In this document: positions 25,136-36,779 of the stretch, one piece after another
Position numbering within the stretch: position 1 is the first letter of the stretch
How the letters are laid out: the number at the start of each line of letters is the position of its first letter
Assembly: GCF_006345805.1 (NCBI RefSeq)
Contig: NC_043000.1
Location: 107,074,001 to 107,138,000, forward strand
Length of the DNA: 64,000 nucleotides
Source: Octopus sinensis
Taxonomy: Eukaryota
Direction of reading: 5' to 3'
Position numbers and translations under genes: made by a program
Notes under the pieces: generated by a model
Databases searched by the model: none
The model's input: the letters and a program-made list of their open reading frames with translations, nothing else
Told to the model about the DNA's origin: nothing

Positions 25136-26409
25136 ATGTTTGTTTTTATGTCAAGTTATATATAAAACAATTTAACATCGAACTGAAGGATTACTCAATA
25201 CTTTTTAGTAAAGTGTTTATTTACTAAACTTTCATAAGAATGTGGCTGACAGTGATCTTAAAGTTTTGGCTTGTTTGCTTTTGTCAGTCTAATGAAGATA
25301 AGCAAACCAAAACTTTCAAGTCATTGTCAGCCTTCTTGTAACTCTTTAATAAATATGTGTATCTATATTATATATATATACACATATATATACACACACA
25401 CATATACATGCATATATAAATATGTATGTATATATAAAAATGTGTATAGATGTATATATACACACACACACACACATATATATACATGTGTGTGTCTATA
25501 TACATACACACACTCTGTGTATTTGTGTGTGTGAAAGGAGAAATACATACAGAACTTATGTTTGAATAAAATTAAAGTAACAGTGATTGCAGTGAAAATT
25601 AAGCAGGAAAATAACCATGAAAAGTAAAAATATATGAAGATAGAAATCTAGCTCCTCATCCAAACAAATTTAGATACTTATGGGAGGCTCTCATTTCATC
25701 ATATTCATTCACGGAACTTTTTCTTAAATAGTGATGGTTAACAATTTTCACAAGAAAAGAAAAAAAAATCCAAGATAATGCATTCTTAGTAAATGATGGA
25801 AAATATAAAAAAAAAAAAGATAAATTCAAAAATATTATTTTTTTATATTATATCATATATTTTTGTACAAGTTCTTGTATGAGCCTCTCACTAAACTGTT
25901 CAATGTGCTCAATGGATTTTTAAAAATAGATAGAGCAGTATAGAAACTGCAACATTTCAACACCATAAGCCATTACACGTAAGAGCAGTATGGAGTATGG
26001 TCATCAACAGGCATAAAGATTGCCAGCCAAAGACTGAGTACCTAATTATCATTGCCTGACTGTGATTACACTACGACCTGGTAGATGAAGTAAGGAAATC
26101 TCCATTAATAAACTAACTCTTCCTTGCTGTCATTCTGATAGGGACCACATATTTCTGAGCCCTTTACATCCGTTTTATAAGAATAAATGAAGATTTACTA
26201 AACATAGTTGAAAATATTTCATTCAATAGGAGTTTGCTCATATGAGACAGACTGACCAAGAACTGCTCAACTGCCACCTAAGATTTTAGCATTGGATATT
26301 TGGCCAAAGTACCAAGCATTGGGATTGAACCCAGAACTTTGTGATTGCAAGGCAAACTTCACCAGACCACCACACAACTATGCCTGTGCTCACATGCAAA
26401 AAGCTAGAT

Positions 26410-26809
26410 CAGTGGTTCTCAACCATTTTCTTTTTTTTTTGCCTATGGATCCCTTTGGTTGCTATTTTATTTTGCTGGACCCATTTGATTGCTATTTTAT
26501 TTCACTAGACCCCCGCCCCATAGCCATTCTATGTTTAACAGTTAATTTTACAGATGCTTCTTTCAAAATTCCTATTTTGTTTCACACATTTACTTGCATA
26601 AGTCTGTAATAGCACTCTCGGAGAGAACGTTTCAGTAGTCACAAAACACACTGAATTATGTAAAATGCTGGAGAAAGAAACCTAGCTGCTGTTTCTTGCA
26701 ATACATAAATATGTCTAGTACAAAACCATTTTGTGGGCCCTTAAAACACTGTGGATCCCCAATTTATTATTTTGCTTGCCTTCACCCAGACTGCAGTTGA
26801 GAATTACTG
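26410..26809. mobile_element. hAT (Charlie-type) MITE, 400 bp
   Basis: CAGTGGTTCTCAAC ... GTTGAGAATTACTG ends; 8-bp flanks AGCTAGAT / AGTTAGAT (7/8 match). Confidence 0.8.
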
Positions 26810-27664
26810 AGTTAGATTGTCAACAGTTTATTAATGATACAATTTTAATTTCAAAATAAATACCAACCAAAACCCTGCAAGAGATTAAGTAACACACTAA
26901 TTTCCATTCACTGTTCCCTATAGTTATTTTTTTTCTTTTAACTTTTGCAATATCTTAGTCAAAGAGAAGGGGATCACTCATTATCCATTATTCTATTCAG
27001 AACCTCCATGAAGGTAGGACAAAGGGAGAATGCTATTCCCAGACCAGAGAACTGGGTTGAATACCTGCAACAAAATTAGGACAAGTGGTGAGGCTAAACT
27101 GAGCAGCAGACATATGTCAGCCAAGCAATTAAGAGGTTTATATGCAGCCTCCAGTTCCATTCTTTTCATGCTTTGACTGCAAGAATGCTATCAATAGTCA
27201 GATGATTCCATAAGGCTACACCAAATATTGGCATTTACCAACAGAATTGTAAGACAATATCAAACAAAGCTAAGGTTAGTATAGTAAGCATCTTATGACA
27301 ACTCAAAGTTAATTTAGCAATTAGTACTTAAACCAGCCATATCCAGCCTTTCACACCTTTCTAGAAATAATCAGTCACATCAATGAAATCTCAAAGCTGC
27401 AAGATGATACAAGATTAATTGAAAATAATGTGAATGAATAAGCATTACATTTGACAGAATAATCTGAATGCTGAAGGATTAACAAAAATGAAAATAAGAT
27501 TCTCCACTACTTTTCAGATTAATGTTTTACTTTACAGCATGTTGAAACAAAGTTAAGCAATGTAGAACCTGCTTAGTACTTATTTAGACATCTGCTAGGT
27601 AATCCAAATTCCAGCACCATACCATGGCTACATACCACTCACTAGAATCAGTAAAAAGGTGAAA

Positions 27665-27940
27665 TCTCTCTCTATATATATATATATATAAAACTGAAGT
27701 TGTCTGTGTATGGCAGTTAACACCAAAAATTATTTACATCAAAAATGTGCTTTTTTTCTATGAAAATCCCTATTTTTTATGATTTTTTAACTGCTGTGTC
27801 ACCATTTTTTGGTGTATTTCAACCAGAAAAATGTTCACTTAAAGAGAATAACAAGCTACATAATTCGAAATTTTACTTTTCAAAAATTCCAATTCTAAAG
27901 GGTCGAAACAAACCCGAGCAACACCGGGCAACACTGCTAG
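27665..27940 (+). mobile_element. Internally deleted copy of the same Helitron
   Basis: A|TC start, CCCGAGCAACACCGGG hairpin, CTAG|T end. Colinear with 46905-47300 except for a deletion after TGGCAG. Confidence 0.82.
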
Positions 27941-30900
27941 TCTTTGATAAAATGCAACTAATTTCCCAACAAAGACCACGCCAAGATCAGCTTCAGCACA
28001 TAAAAAGAGTGAAATAAAAGGATACCACAAAAGAAATCAAAGATGGCTGAATTGAAATGGCACCAGATGGTCAAAAGTATGGGGTTGTTTGTGGCTAAGA
28101 TGCTTGACTCTCAAATGTCCTAACTAACTTAAATATCAATGAATATGCACCACATTGTAGAAACAAGACATTGCAGTAAACAGCAATTGTACTACAGAAT
28201 TAAAGATGGCTTCATTTGCTTGTAGAGAATAAGTCTAACTCCACCTGTGAGTGTAGCTTGGAGAAAGAGTGTTTATAACAAGATGATTTGTTCTTGAAAC
28301 ACTACATGAAAATGAAGTCTGTAGTGGTGCTCATACAACACAATCAGTTATGTGATTCACTGCTTTACCAATAGAGATTGTACCATAACAATAAGCAATA
28401 GTGCACAACACATGTTTATGAGCTTACTCCAGAAGTGAATAACATACTTATTGTAATTTAATCATCTCAATACTGCCTCGCCAATGAATCAAACAAAACC
28501 TCAACCAGATATCAGAATCTCTAACTCTAAATTATTAGGACTCTGCCATAGCACTATGCCAACATTTTATGCTACTTAACAATACAACAAATAAATAAAA
28601 ATGCTCAGTTTTTTGTTGTTTTTTTTTGGGGGGGGGGGGGGGTTCTTAACTTGTAATAATAACATGACTACAAGGATTTACTTGTATTAGCACTGATCTA
28701 ACCTCTCAGTAACCAACAGTACTCCATTTACTCCAGACTGAACAGTTAACAGTTGCTTTAAAATATCCCCCCAAGATTAATGAAAAAATCTTTTTTTAAA
28801 TAAAAAATCAAATGATATATCTTTGAATTCATGAAAATTATGAAGTGAAATTAAACATAAAATTACATATATTCTTTTCTATTCTAGGCCCGAAATTTTT
28901 GGGGAGGGGGCCGGTCGATTAGATTCGACCCCAGTATGCAACTGGTACTTAAATTATCAACCTTGAGAGGATGTAAGGCAAAGTCAACCTCAGGTGAATT
29001 TGAACTCAGAATATAAAGACAGATGATAAAATTACATATATTAGGATAGCAATTACAGCATGAAAGATAAATATTAATTAACCAAATAACTAAATAAATT
29101 TAACAGTTTTTTGTATGCTTTGCAATGGCCTATGTGACTTCCATGTTGTAATTGCTTTAGTTTCAACACAAACCACTAGCCAGACAAGTATACCCTTCAA
29201 TTATACTAGGGAAGTTTACCAAGAAAATAGAAATGGACCTATTTTTATTATTACTATTTTCTTTAATATTTTCCTGAACTGTTATATATGGGGAGAAAGT
29301 ACAGTAAATTAGAACATTCACTATAGAATATCTAGTGTATCAAGCCAAAGGAATAGTTGGTTTTGCTGTTTTTAAATGTGAGTTTTAAAAGAAGAAAAAA
29401 AAATAATAAATACAAGCCCCAAATTGTTTGACAGCCTCCCGTGCAGGGCTGATATTAATCTCATTAAACAAAAGAAATTATTGTCTGAGATTCTCGCAAT
29501 AAAATACATAAGACTGGTTATATATAAGTTGGCTCCAAAACAAACTGTATGAAGAGAGATCAAACGAATGAAACTGTAGCAAATTAATTTCACACATACA
29601 TTAATTTTTTTTAATATGAAAACAATAACAAAGGATGGTTTTATTACATTTGCAAGAATATAGATGGAAGAAGGACCTGCCAACAATCCATCAGAATGAA
29701 AATAGTTCATGGAAACAAAGATAATGTGGGGGGAACATGTCTGCTGTTTTGTACTTCTTCAATGATACTGTCTTAAAAAAAATTTTTTTTTATATTCCAC
29801 ATATTGGCACATGACAGCTGAAAAAAGTGTTAGTGTTGTAGTAGTGATCGTAGGAGATCAAACCGACATTAACTAAAACCTACAAGAAACACCGCAATTA
29901 TATAATAAAATGTTTTATAATCAGGGAAGACCATAATAGAAAACGAGTTTGTGGGTGGAGAACAATAAAAAAAATAAATAAAAAGTACTGACCCAGCCAA
30001 CTTATGAAAAATTGTTTTGTGGAGTGAGTGATATCTCTACCTTAATTAACAAGTGCTGTGATTGATCATGACTAACTTGAGCTAAATATAATTCATGAAA
30101 ATTTAAACAAAATTTACAGTGTATAGTGTAAGGTGATTGCCAATGTATTCTTCAGAACTGTAGCTGAACAACGATAAGAAATTCAGCATTTCTTTGATCA
30201 AAGAAACACTTTGGCTCTAAACTCACAAAGCAGCCAAGTCAGATTGCTATTTATTATAAACCAAATGTGGTGAAAAGCATTCAGCTATGCTAGTAAATAG
30301 TACTACTACAAACTATTACTACTACTACTACACAATATTACAACATAACATTATCCTTATAATGGCCATGGCTGACAATTTTAAGATCTGATGAGGAACC
30401 TGGTTTTGCAGAACCATGTGGCTAGGAAATTCATAAAAAGATTATATAAATTGCAGGCCAATAGGGAGTTATTTGTTATAGTAACAAGGTGGATTAGCTT
30501 TTGAGAAGACAATTATTTATGAAACCAGGAGATAATGTATTTATGCTACTGACTTTTACTGCTTCTTTAAAGCTAAGCATTTAAAAGTGTGTGCATGTGT
30601 TCGTTTATGTATACACATGTGTACATAAGCTACATAAGCACATTAGTGTATTTTCATGTGCGCCAGTGCTAGTATTTAAATTTCACACACTTCATATCCG
30701 ACACTGAGTTTCAGAAATATTCATAATAGTATATTTGTTAAAAGACAATATTTTTCAGGGTTTTTTTTTTGTTTAAAGATATCAAAGAAAAACAAATAAA
30801 TAAAAGAAAAACAAAGATTTGTCACAGCAAAATCCTTAGCTTGTGACACACTTCCCAACACATATTGGCAATGGGGCAATTAAATACCAATACCTAGGAA

Positions 30901-31039
30901 ATAAAATGAAAAGGAGTCAATAGTACAAATAATCAACTGTTAAAAATTTAATAATATATTCATATATCTTCTTTTAAATTATAAATAAAATTCATTAAAC
31001 ATACATATGCATAAATGCACACATACACAAACATTAATT

Positions 31040-31233
31040 GCATGCATGTGTGTGTGTATGTATGAATATATATATACATACATATATACATACATATATA
31101 TATACATATATACATACATATATACATACATATATACATACATATATATATACATATATACATACATATATACATACATATATACATATATACATATATA
31201 CATATATATATATATACATATATACATATATAC

Positions 31234-31266
<33 letters not shown>

Positions 31267-31314
31267 ACATATATATATACATATATATATATACATATAT
31301 ATATATACATATTA

Positions 31315-31350
<36 letters not shown>

Positions 31351-31379
31351 CATATATACACATACATATATACATATAT

Positions 31380-31430
<51 letters not shown>

Positions 31431-31600
31431 CATATATATTATACATACATATATACATATATATACATACATATATACATATATATACATACATATATAT
31501 ACACATACACATATATATATAATATATATATATACATATATATACATAACATATATATATATATATTATACATACATATATATATATAATACATATACAT

Positions 31601-31633
<33 letters not shown>

Positions 31634-31870
31634 TTATACATATATATATATACATATAATATATATATATATACATATATACATATATATTATACATATA
31701 CATATATATATATGTACATATACATATATTATATACATATACATATATATATTACATATATATATATACATATACATATATATATACATATATATATACA
31801 TATACATATACATATATACATATATATATATGCATATATACATACATATACACATACATACATACGCATG
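31040..31870. repeat. ~830-bp compound (TA)n/(TACA)n/(TATACA)n microsatellite
   Basis: Directly visible; source of the Y/I/M/C-rich pseudo-ORFs. Confidence 0.95.
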
Positions 31871-32398
31871 TTGTGTGTGTGTCCTTATTTGAAGCCAATA
31901 ATTCGCTTTGTCCTTACTCTGAGTTTCCTAGATATAAGCGAACACATATGCATAAAAAACCAGGATTAATGACTAAGGAAACCATCAGTTTCAAATATAT
32001 AAACTGTACCACATGTATTACATGCCTTTTCTCCAATTTGTCGCTCAAAAGTACAGGTGTATATATGATGTGAGTGTGTGTGGCATTTTTCAAATGAAAA
32101 TAATAAGTAATTAGCATTTAATCTGTTAATTATATCATTAGAACCTAGCATGATCTACGATTTCATGAAGACTATACTAAAAAAAAAAAGATAAAAATTT
32201 AAAAAATGATTATGTATTTCATGTGGGAGAAAGAGAGAGAAAGTGAGCTAAAAGTGTGAAACAGACATGATTTTATAAAAATAATGTGATGTATATGCAT
32301 GTGGATGGATGGACATTATATATATAAATATATAAATATAGAACACAACAAGCAGAAATCCAACAAAACACAGCATGTGGAAAAATAGGCAATAACAT

Positions 32399-32449
<51 letters not shown>

Positions 32450-33395
32450 CAAATATATATATATATACATACAAATATATATACATACATATATAAACAT
32501 ATATACATACATACATATATACACACATATATACACGCATGTATATATACATATATATATATACACACACACACACATACATACATAAGTTACAAGGAGG
32601 TAAACATACCAACACCGGTTGTCAAACAGTGGTGGGAAATTACACACACATACATACATATATACACACACACATAATTGTGGATAATTTTACCTATAAA
32701 GGTTATTTTAATGTACTGATCTACTTGACAAAATTGTTAATTGATTGATTAATTAATTAATTTAATTAATAAATTTTACCCTTCTATTATGAATTTATAT
32801 ATATATAAAATTATGAATTTTAAAATTTAGATAAAAGTGGGTGGAGGGGAGATGTTCAGTACTTTTTGTCTTTTTTGGGGTGGAGAAAGAGTTAGAGTGT
32901 AAGAAACGACATGAAAGGTGAAATAGACGGAGATATCAAAGAAGAAGCAAATTCAATTGTTCAAAAATATTTTAAAAACCACTTCTCCCCCATAAACAAT
33001 TTTTTTTTAAAATGACAAAAAAACTGATAACAAATAATGTGAGCATATAATTTATGTGTGTGTGCGCGTGTATGTGTGTGTAAATATATATATATTTTTT
33101 CATATATATATATATATATATGAAATGCACAAATGAGTGTATAAAACCCATTATTTATGCCTAATTTAAATACACACACACACACACACACGAACATACG
33201 TACGTGTGTGTGTGAATGTATATTGTTATATTGTCATACCAACTCAAACACTTTTAGATTCACACATTCAACAGCTCAAGTTCCAGTTACTCTCTGGAAA
33301 TTGTTACGTGAAATGCTGGGTTGAGCAAAAAAAAAAAAAAAATACACATCTCAATATATATATTTATTTTATTATTACAGGTGAAAGCCATTTTA

Positions 33396-33455
33396 TAGGG
33401 TTACCCTGGGTTTCTCACCATAAATGATACCTTTATGGCATGCCTTCAGACCTCA
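33396..33455 (-). ncRNA. Second hammerhead ribozyme copy, core-mutated
   Basis: TGAGGT-CTGAAGG-CATGCCATAAAGGTATCATTTATGGTGA-GAAA-CCCAGGGT-A-ACCCTA. Same fold, but core A9 is G and stems I and II carry mismatches. Confidence 0.7.
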
Positions 33456-35882
33456 AGATCCGTTTGCCTATGACCTCTTTAAAATATGGAGGGCGAAACG
33501 ATACGGATGTAAACAAGGGGTTTAACTCACTTCGCTGCTGGCTTCCAGCCATGTTGCCATCTATCAGATATGAGGGTAAACAATAGAGAGTTATCTCTCT
33601 CTCTCCCCAATCAGCAATCAATTTCCAGCTGTGGTGTTATTTTCGCTATTGCTGCTATGTGGTTACGAAATGCCAGCAGAAATCTCTTAAAATGCGAGCA
33701 CAACTTGAAAATCTCTGTTTTGGAATTCAGTATGGTCCCTGATACATGTGAGTTTCTCAGGATTCCCATGCGTTCGGCTATGCATAGCTTGCAGCACTTC
33801 ATTCCACTGATGTAGGGACCCAGGCGCTCAAGGATTTTTCAGGAGATCGAGTGTGATGCACCTGTTGATATTATTAATGCTGCCAATGTTGTTGCCGGCA
33901 TTGGGGTCATTGGTGATGGCGGGGTTGAGTGGTTGGTAATGTTATTACCGGTTATGGAGGAAGCACAGTAGTTGCTAACAACTGTAGCCAAAGGTGTTAC
34001 TACTATTGTTATTATTGCTATCTTCCCCTATTTGCATCTATGCTGGTGCCTCTGCTAGTGTCGCTGCTGCTACTGCTGTTGTTGATATAGTTTGTGTCAA
34101 CACTGAGTCTGTTACTACTGCTATAATCAGGGCTGTGAAGCCCGTCAGTGGATGCACTGTCATGTCTGTTATTGGGGAAGCTGTTGGTAAGGCTGGTGTT
34201 GGTGACATCACTGTGGTCGATGTTAGTGTTGTGCCATTGGGGTTGTAACTAGCACTGTTGTTGGTGCTGTTGTTGTTGTTGTTGATGCTGCTAAGGTTGT
34301 TCGCTGTGGTGGTGGTGGCAGTGTTGTTGGTTCTGTCCTTGCATCTACAGCTGCTATGGATTCTGCCGGTGAAATTGGCAGGGTTCACTCATACTTCAGC
34401 TTGATAGACGACCCCTTTGGCTTCGTAGCAGCCTTCCCCATGAGCTACTGTTAGAGATCCTGCATGAACAACCTACTGCTTCCGGTTGCTTAGGGGTGCT
34501 AACTGAAATTCTCTTGATGTTAGGGGCACAGCTGAATGAGACCCTAATGTTGCGCCTGTTGAAAATGGGGACATATTTATGGGAGTAAGTAAAGTGTTTT
34601 CTATTAATTTAAGGGTGGTAGGAGGCTGTGTTAATGTATGTTAGCCTCTCATTTGGTTTTTGGTAGGGCCTATAGGTACTGGAGCCCAAGTCCAGCATGA
34701 CATCTATGAAGTCCACTATGGTGAGGTTGGTCTCTATGGTGATCTTCAATCTCATGGAACTAAGTATGCTGATTCAGGCCTTCCTAAGCCTATCTAGCGT
34801 GTGGCCACCTGCTCCCCTAGAGATGGCCAGGGCTTCATCTCTGAAGAGGCCAAAAAAGAAAGAAGGGAAATTTTCCTAAGGGTATCCAGGATGTACAATC
34901 CTATAAGGTAACACATGTCAGTACTGTCGTATACTCCCATCACTACATCAAAGGAGCCCATGGGGTCGGATTGCTTGACCCATGCCAAAACTTTATTAAA
35001 CAGTACAGTTTTCCTGGCATGCATAATGATTTCTATATCCCTGTCGCTAATGCCAGTGAAGCCCCTAGCAAAAGAAAGCGCTTTGGTCAGTAACCCTTTT
35101 GATATAGATGGGTAAAAATTGACTGTATCAAATTGGGTGAACCTTGCCCTGCCTCTACCCTTGTTGACATTAAACCATGCGGTCACTTTGCTGATGCTGT
35201 GTCACAAGGTAAAGTTAGTAACCCTTCTTGTGGTGTTATTGATATTTCACAAAATGTGTTTGCTCACCAGACTGATCTTTGATTTCGCTGGATTGATCAG
35301 GTGGCACTTGGGGTTGGAGGCAAAGTTCGGTTTGTGGTCTTTTATGGTGATGAAAGCATTTCTTTTTGCTAGGATTTCTACCCTATTTGCTATCTCTAAA
35401 TTGTTAGCTAATTTTTTTAGCTTCACTGTTCATGTCCTTGTATGTGTGCTTTGCATCTGTAACTCTGTGTGATGTTATTTTCAAGGAGCCTATTGTATTC
35501 TATGGAGTCTAACCTTTTTCTCATTGGAGAAAATTAGGTAACTATCCAAGTTTTTTTAATAATCTAATGTCGGCACAGAGCTTACATTGGAAGGAGGAAG
35601 AGGACTTACGGAACTTCAGTTTTAAGATGATTCTCAGTAGGTGAGCTTTGAAGGGTTCAAGGTCTTTAATTCTGGGCGGGTGTTGCCTGTGAATATAACA
35701 CCACAGCTGGAAAATGATTGCTGATGGGAGAGAAAGAGAACCCTCTACTGTTTACCCTCACAGCTGAAAGATGGCAACATAGCCAGAAGCTGATAGCCAG
35801 CAGCAAAGGGAGATAAACCCCTTGTTTACATTCATATCGTTCTCCACTCCATATTTTAAAGAGGTCATAGGCCAACAGGTCT

Positions 35883-35942
35883 TAGGGTCTGAAGATATGT
35901 CATAAAGGGATCCTTTATGGCAAGAAACCCAGGGTAATCCTA
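35883..35942 (+). ncRNA. Type I hammerhead ribozyme fold in Penelope terminal repeat (core intact)
   Basis: TAGGGT-CTGAAGA-[TATGTCATAAAGG GAT CCTTTATGGCAA]-GAAA-CCCAGGGT-A-ATCCTA. Stem I TAGGGT/ATCCTA, core CUGAnGA and GAAA, 12-bp stem II with one bulge, short stem III, GUA cleavage triplet at 35934-35936. Confidence 0.85.
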
Positions 35943-36024
35943 TAAACCGGCCTTCACCAATAACAAATATAGACTGTTCTACTTCTTAGAGTGTGCTTCT
36001 CCAAATTTGTTTTTCTAAAAAACG

Positions 36025-36055
<31 letters not shown>

Positions 36056-36198
36056 TTTTATATATATACACACACACACACGCACTCACACAGAGAATGT
36101 GACAGAAAGGAAGAGAGATGGTAACAGAACAGAAGAGCAGGACAACTGCTTATGTTAATGTATAAATGTGTCTATATGTCGGTGTGAGTGTCACATGC

Positions 36199-36360
36199 TT
36201 ATGCAGTACCATTCTGTTCCTTCTGTCGATCCTTGTTAACATCTTGAAGTCGTCTCATAAGTTCAGGGCGTTTGGCTGGAGATGGGCAAATATCATCTTC
36301 GATTTCCAAGCACCGCTTCCCAGGCACTTTCTTGATCATTTCATTTATGGCATGTAAATC
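36199..36360 (-). CDS. RBL1: RB-like terminal coding exon with stop
   Basis: tctag|DLHAINEMIKKVPGKRCLEIEDDICPSPAKRPELMRRLQDVNKDRQKEQNGTA*; TAA at 36199-36201. Matches p107 SLKDINNMI...KR.I.I....ESPAKR.....L.KRLQDV..ER. Confidence 0.93.
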   Translation of the reverse strand, partial: DLHAINEMIKKVPGKRCLEIEDDICPSPAKRPELMRRLQDVNKDRQKEQNGTA

Positions 36361-36617
36361 CTAGAACACAGAAATGAATGAATGAATGAATGAATGGACG
36401 GACAGACAGGTAGACAGATGGACAAACAAATGGATGGATAGATGGATGAATGGACAAACAGATGGATGGACAGATAAACAGATAGATAGATGGATAAATG
36501 GACAGACAGACAGAGGGATAGACAGACGGACAGATATACACACTATGTAAACCAGGAGAAAACCACTTAGACTGTAGTTTCTCTTAATAACAAACAAAAC
36601 AAGGGTATTTTACTTAC

Positions 36618-36779
36618 TTTGGCAGGACTCATGCTGAAACAGTACACCTTCCCACTATGAGGTGTTCCCCCAGGGTTTGTCTTATGGGGAGATATGTAGA
36701 CATTGTGCTTATTAGATACCCGACGCGGTGAAGACGTATGTGACCTAGCCACTGGCAATGGTGATAAATGAGGTTTATC
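36618..36779 (-). CDS. RBL1: RB-like exon, C-terminal region
   Basis: tttag|DKPHLSPLPVARSHTSSPRRVSNKHNVYISPHKTNPGGTPHSGKVYCFSMSPAK|gtaagt; 162 nt. Matches p107 PPLSPFP...SPRRIS..H.IYISPHK...TP...Y.F..SP.K. Confidence 0.95.

Larger units (their letters stand above)
33380..35958 (-). mobile_element. Penelope-like retroelement relic (RT + partial GIY-YIG) with inverted terminal repeats
   Basis: Minus-strand translation gives FITIKDHKPNF..NPKCHLINPAKS, FDTVNFYPSIS, FDVVMGVYDSTDMCYLIGLYIL, GLFRDEAL, VDFIDVML, YRPYQKPN, IFNRRNIRVSFSC, CSCR...GVVYQAEV and PY..CCKLCIAER...LNSKTEI..C.H. Several stops and frameshifts. 33380-33644 is the reverse complement of 35691-35958. Confidence 0.9.

Noticed and set aside
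30960-32748. Many 60-195 aa ORFs rich in Y/I/M/C/H/T
   Set aside because: Translations of TA/CA microsatellites; the same applies to poly-I/N/L/S, HT, CV and LSVC ORFs elsewhere.
34380-35300. In-frame TGA codons in the Penelope ORF as possible selenocysteines (reported for some Penelope-like Naiad elements)
   Set aside because: The TGAs fall at non-Cys positions (e.g. the expected W of NQW and WKIL) and coexist with TAA/TAG stops, frameshifts and deletions; simple decay explains them. No SECIS was recognised.
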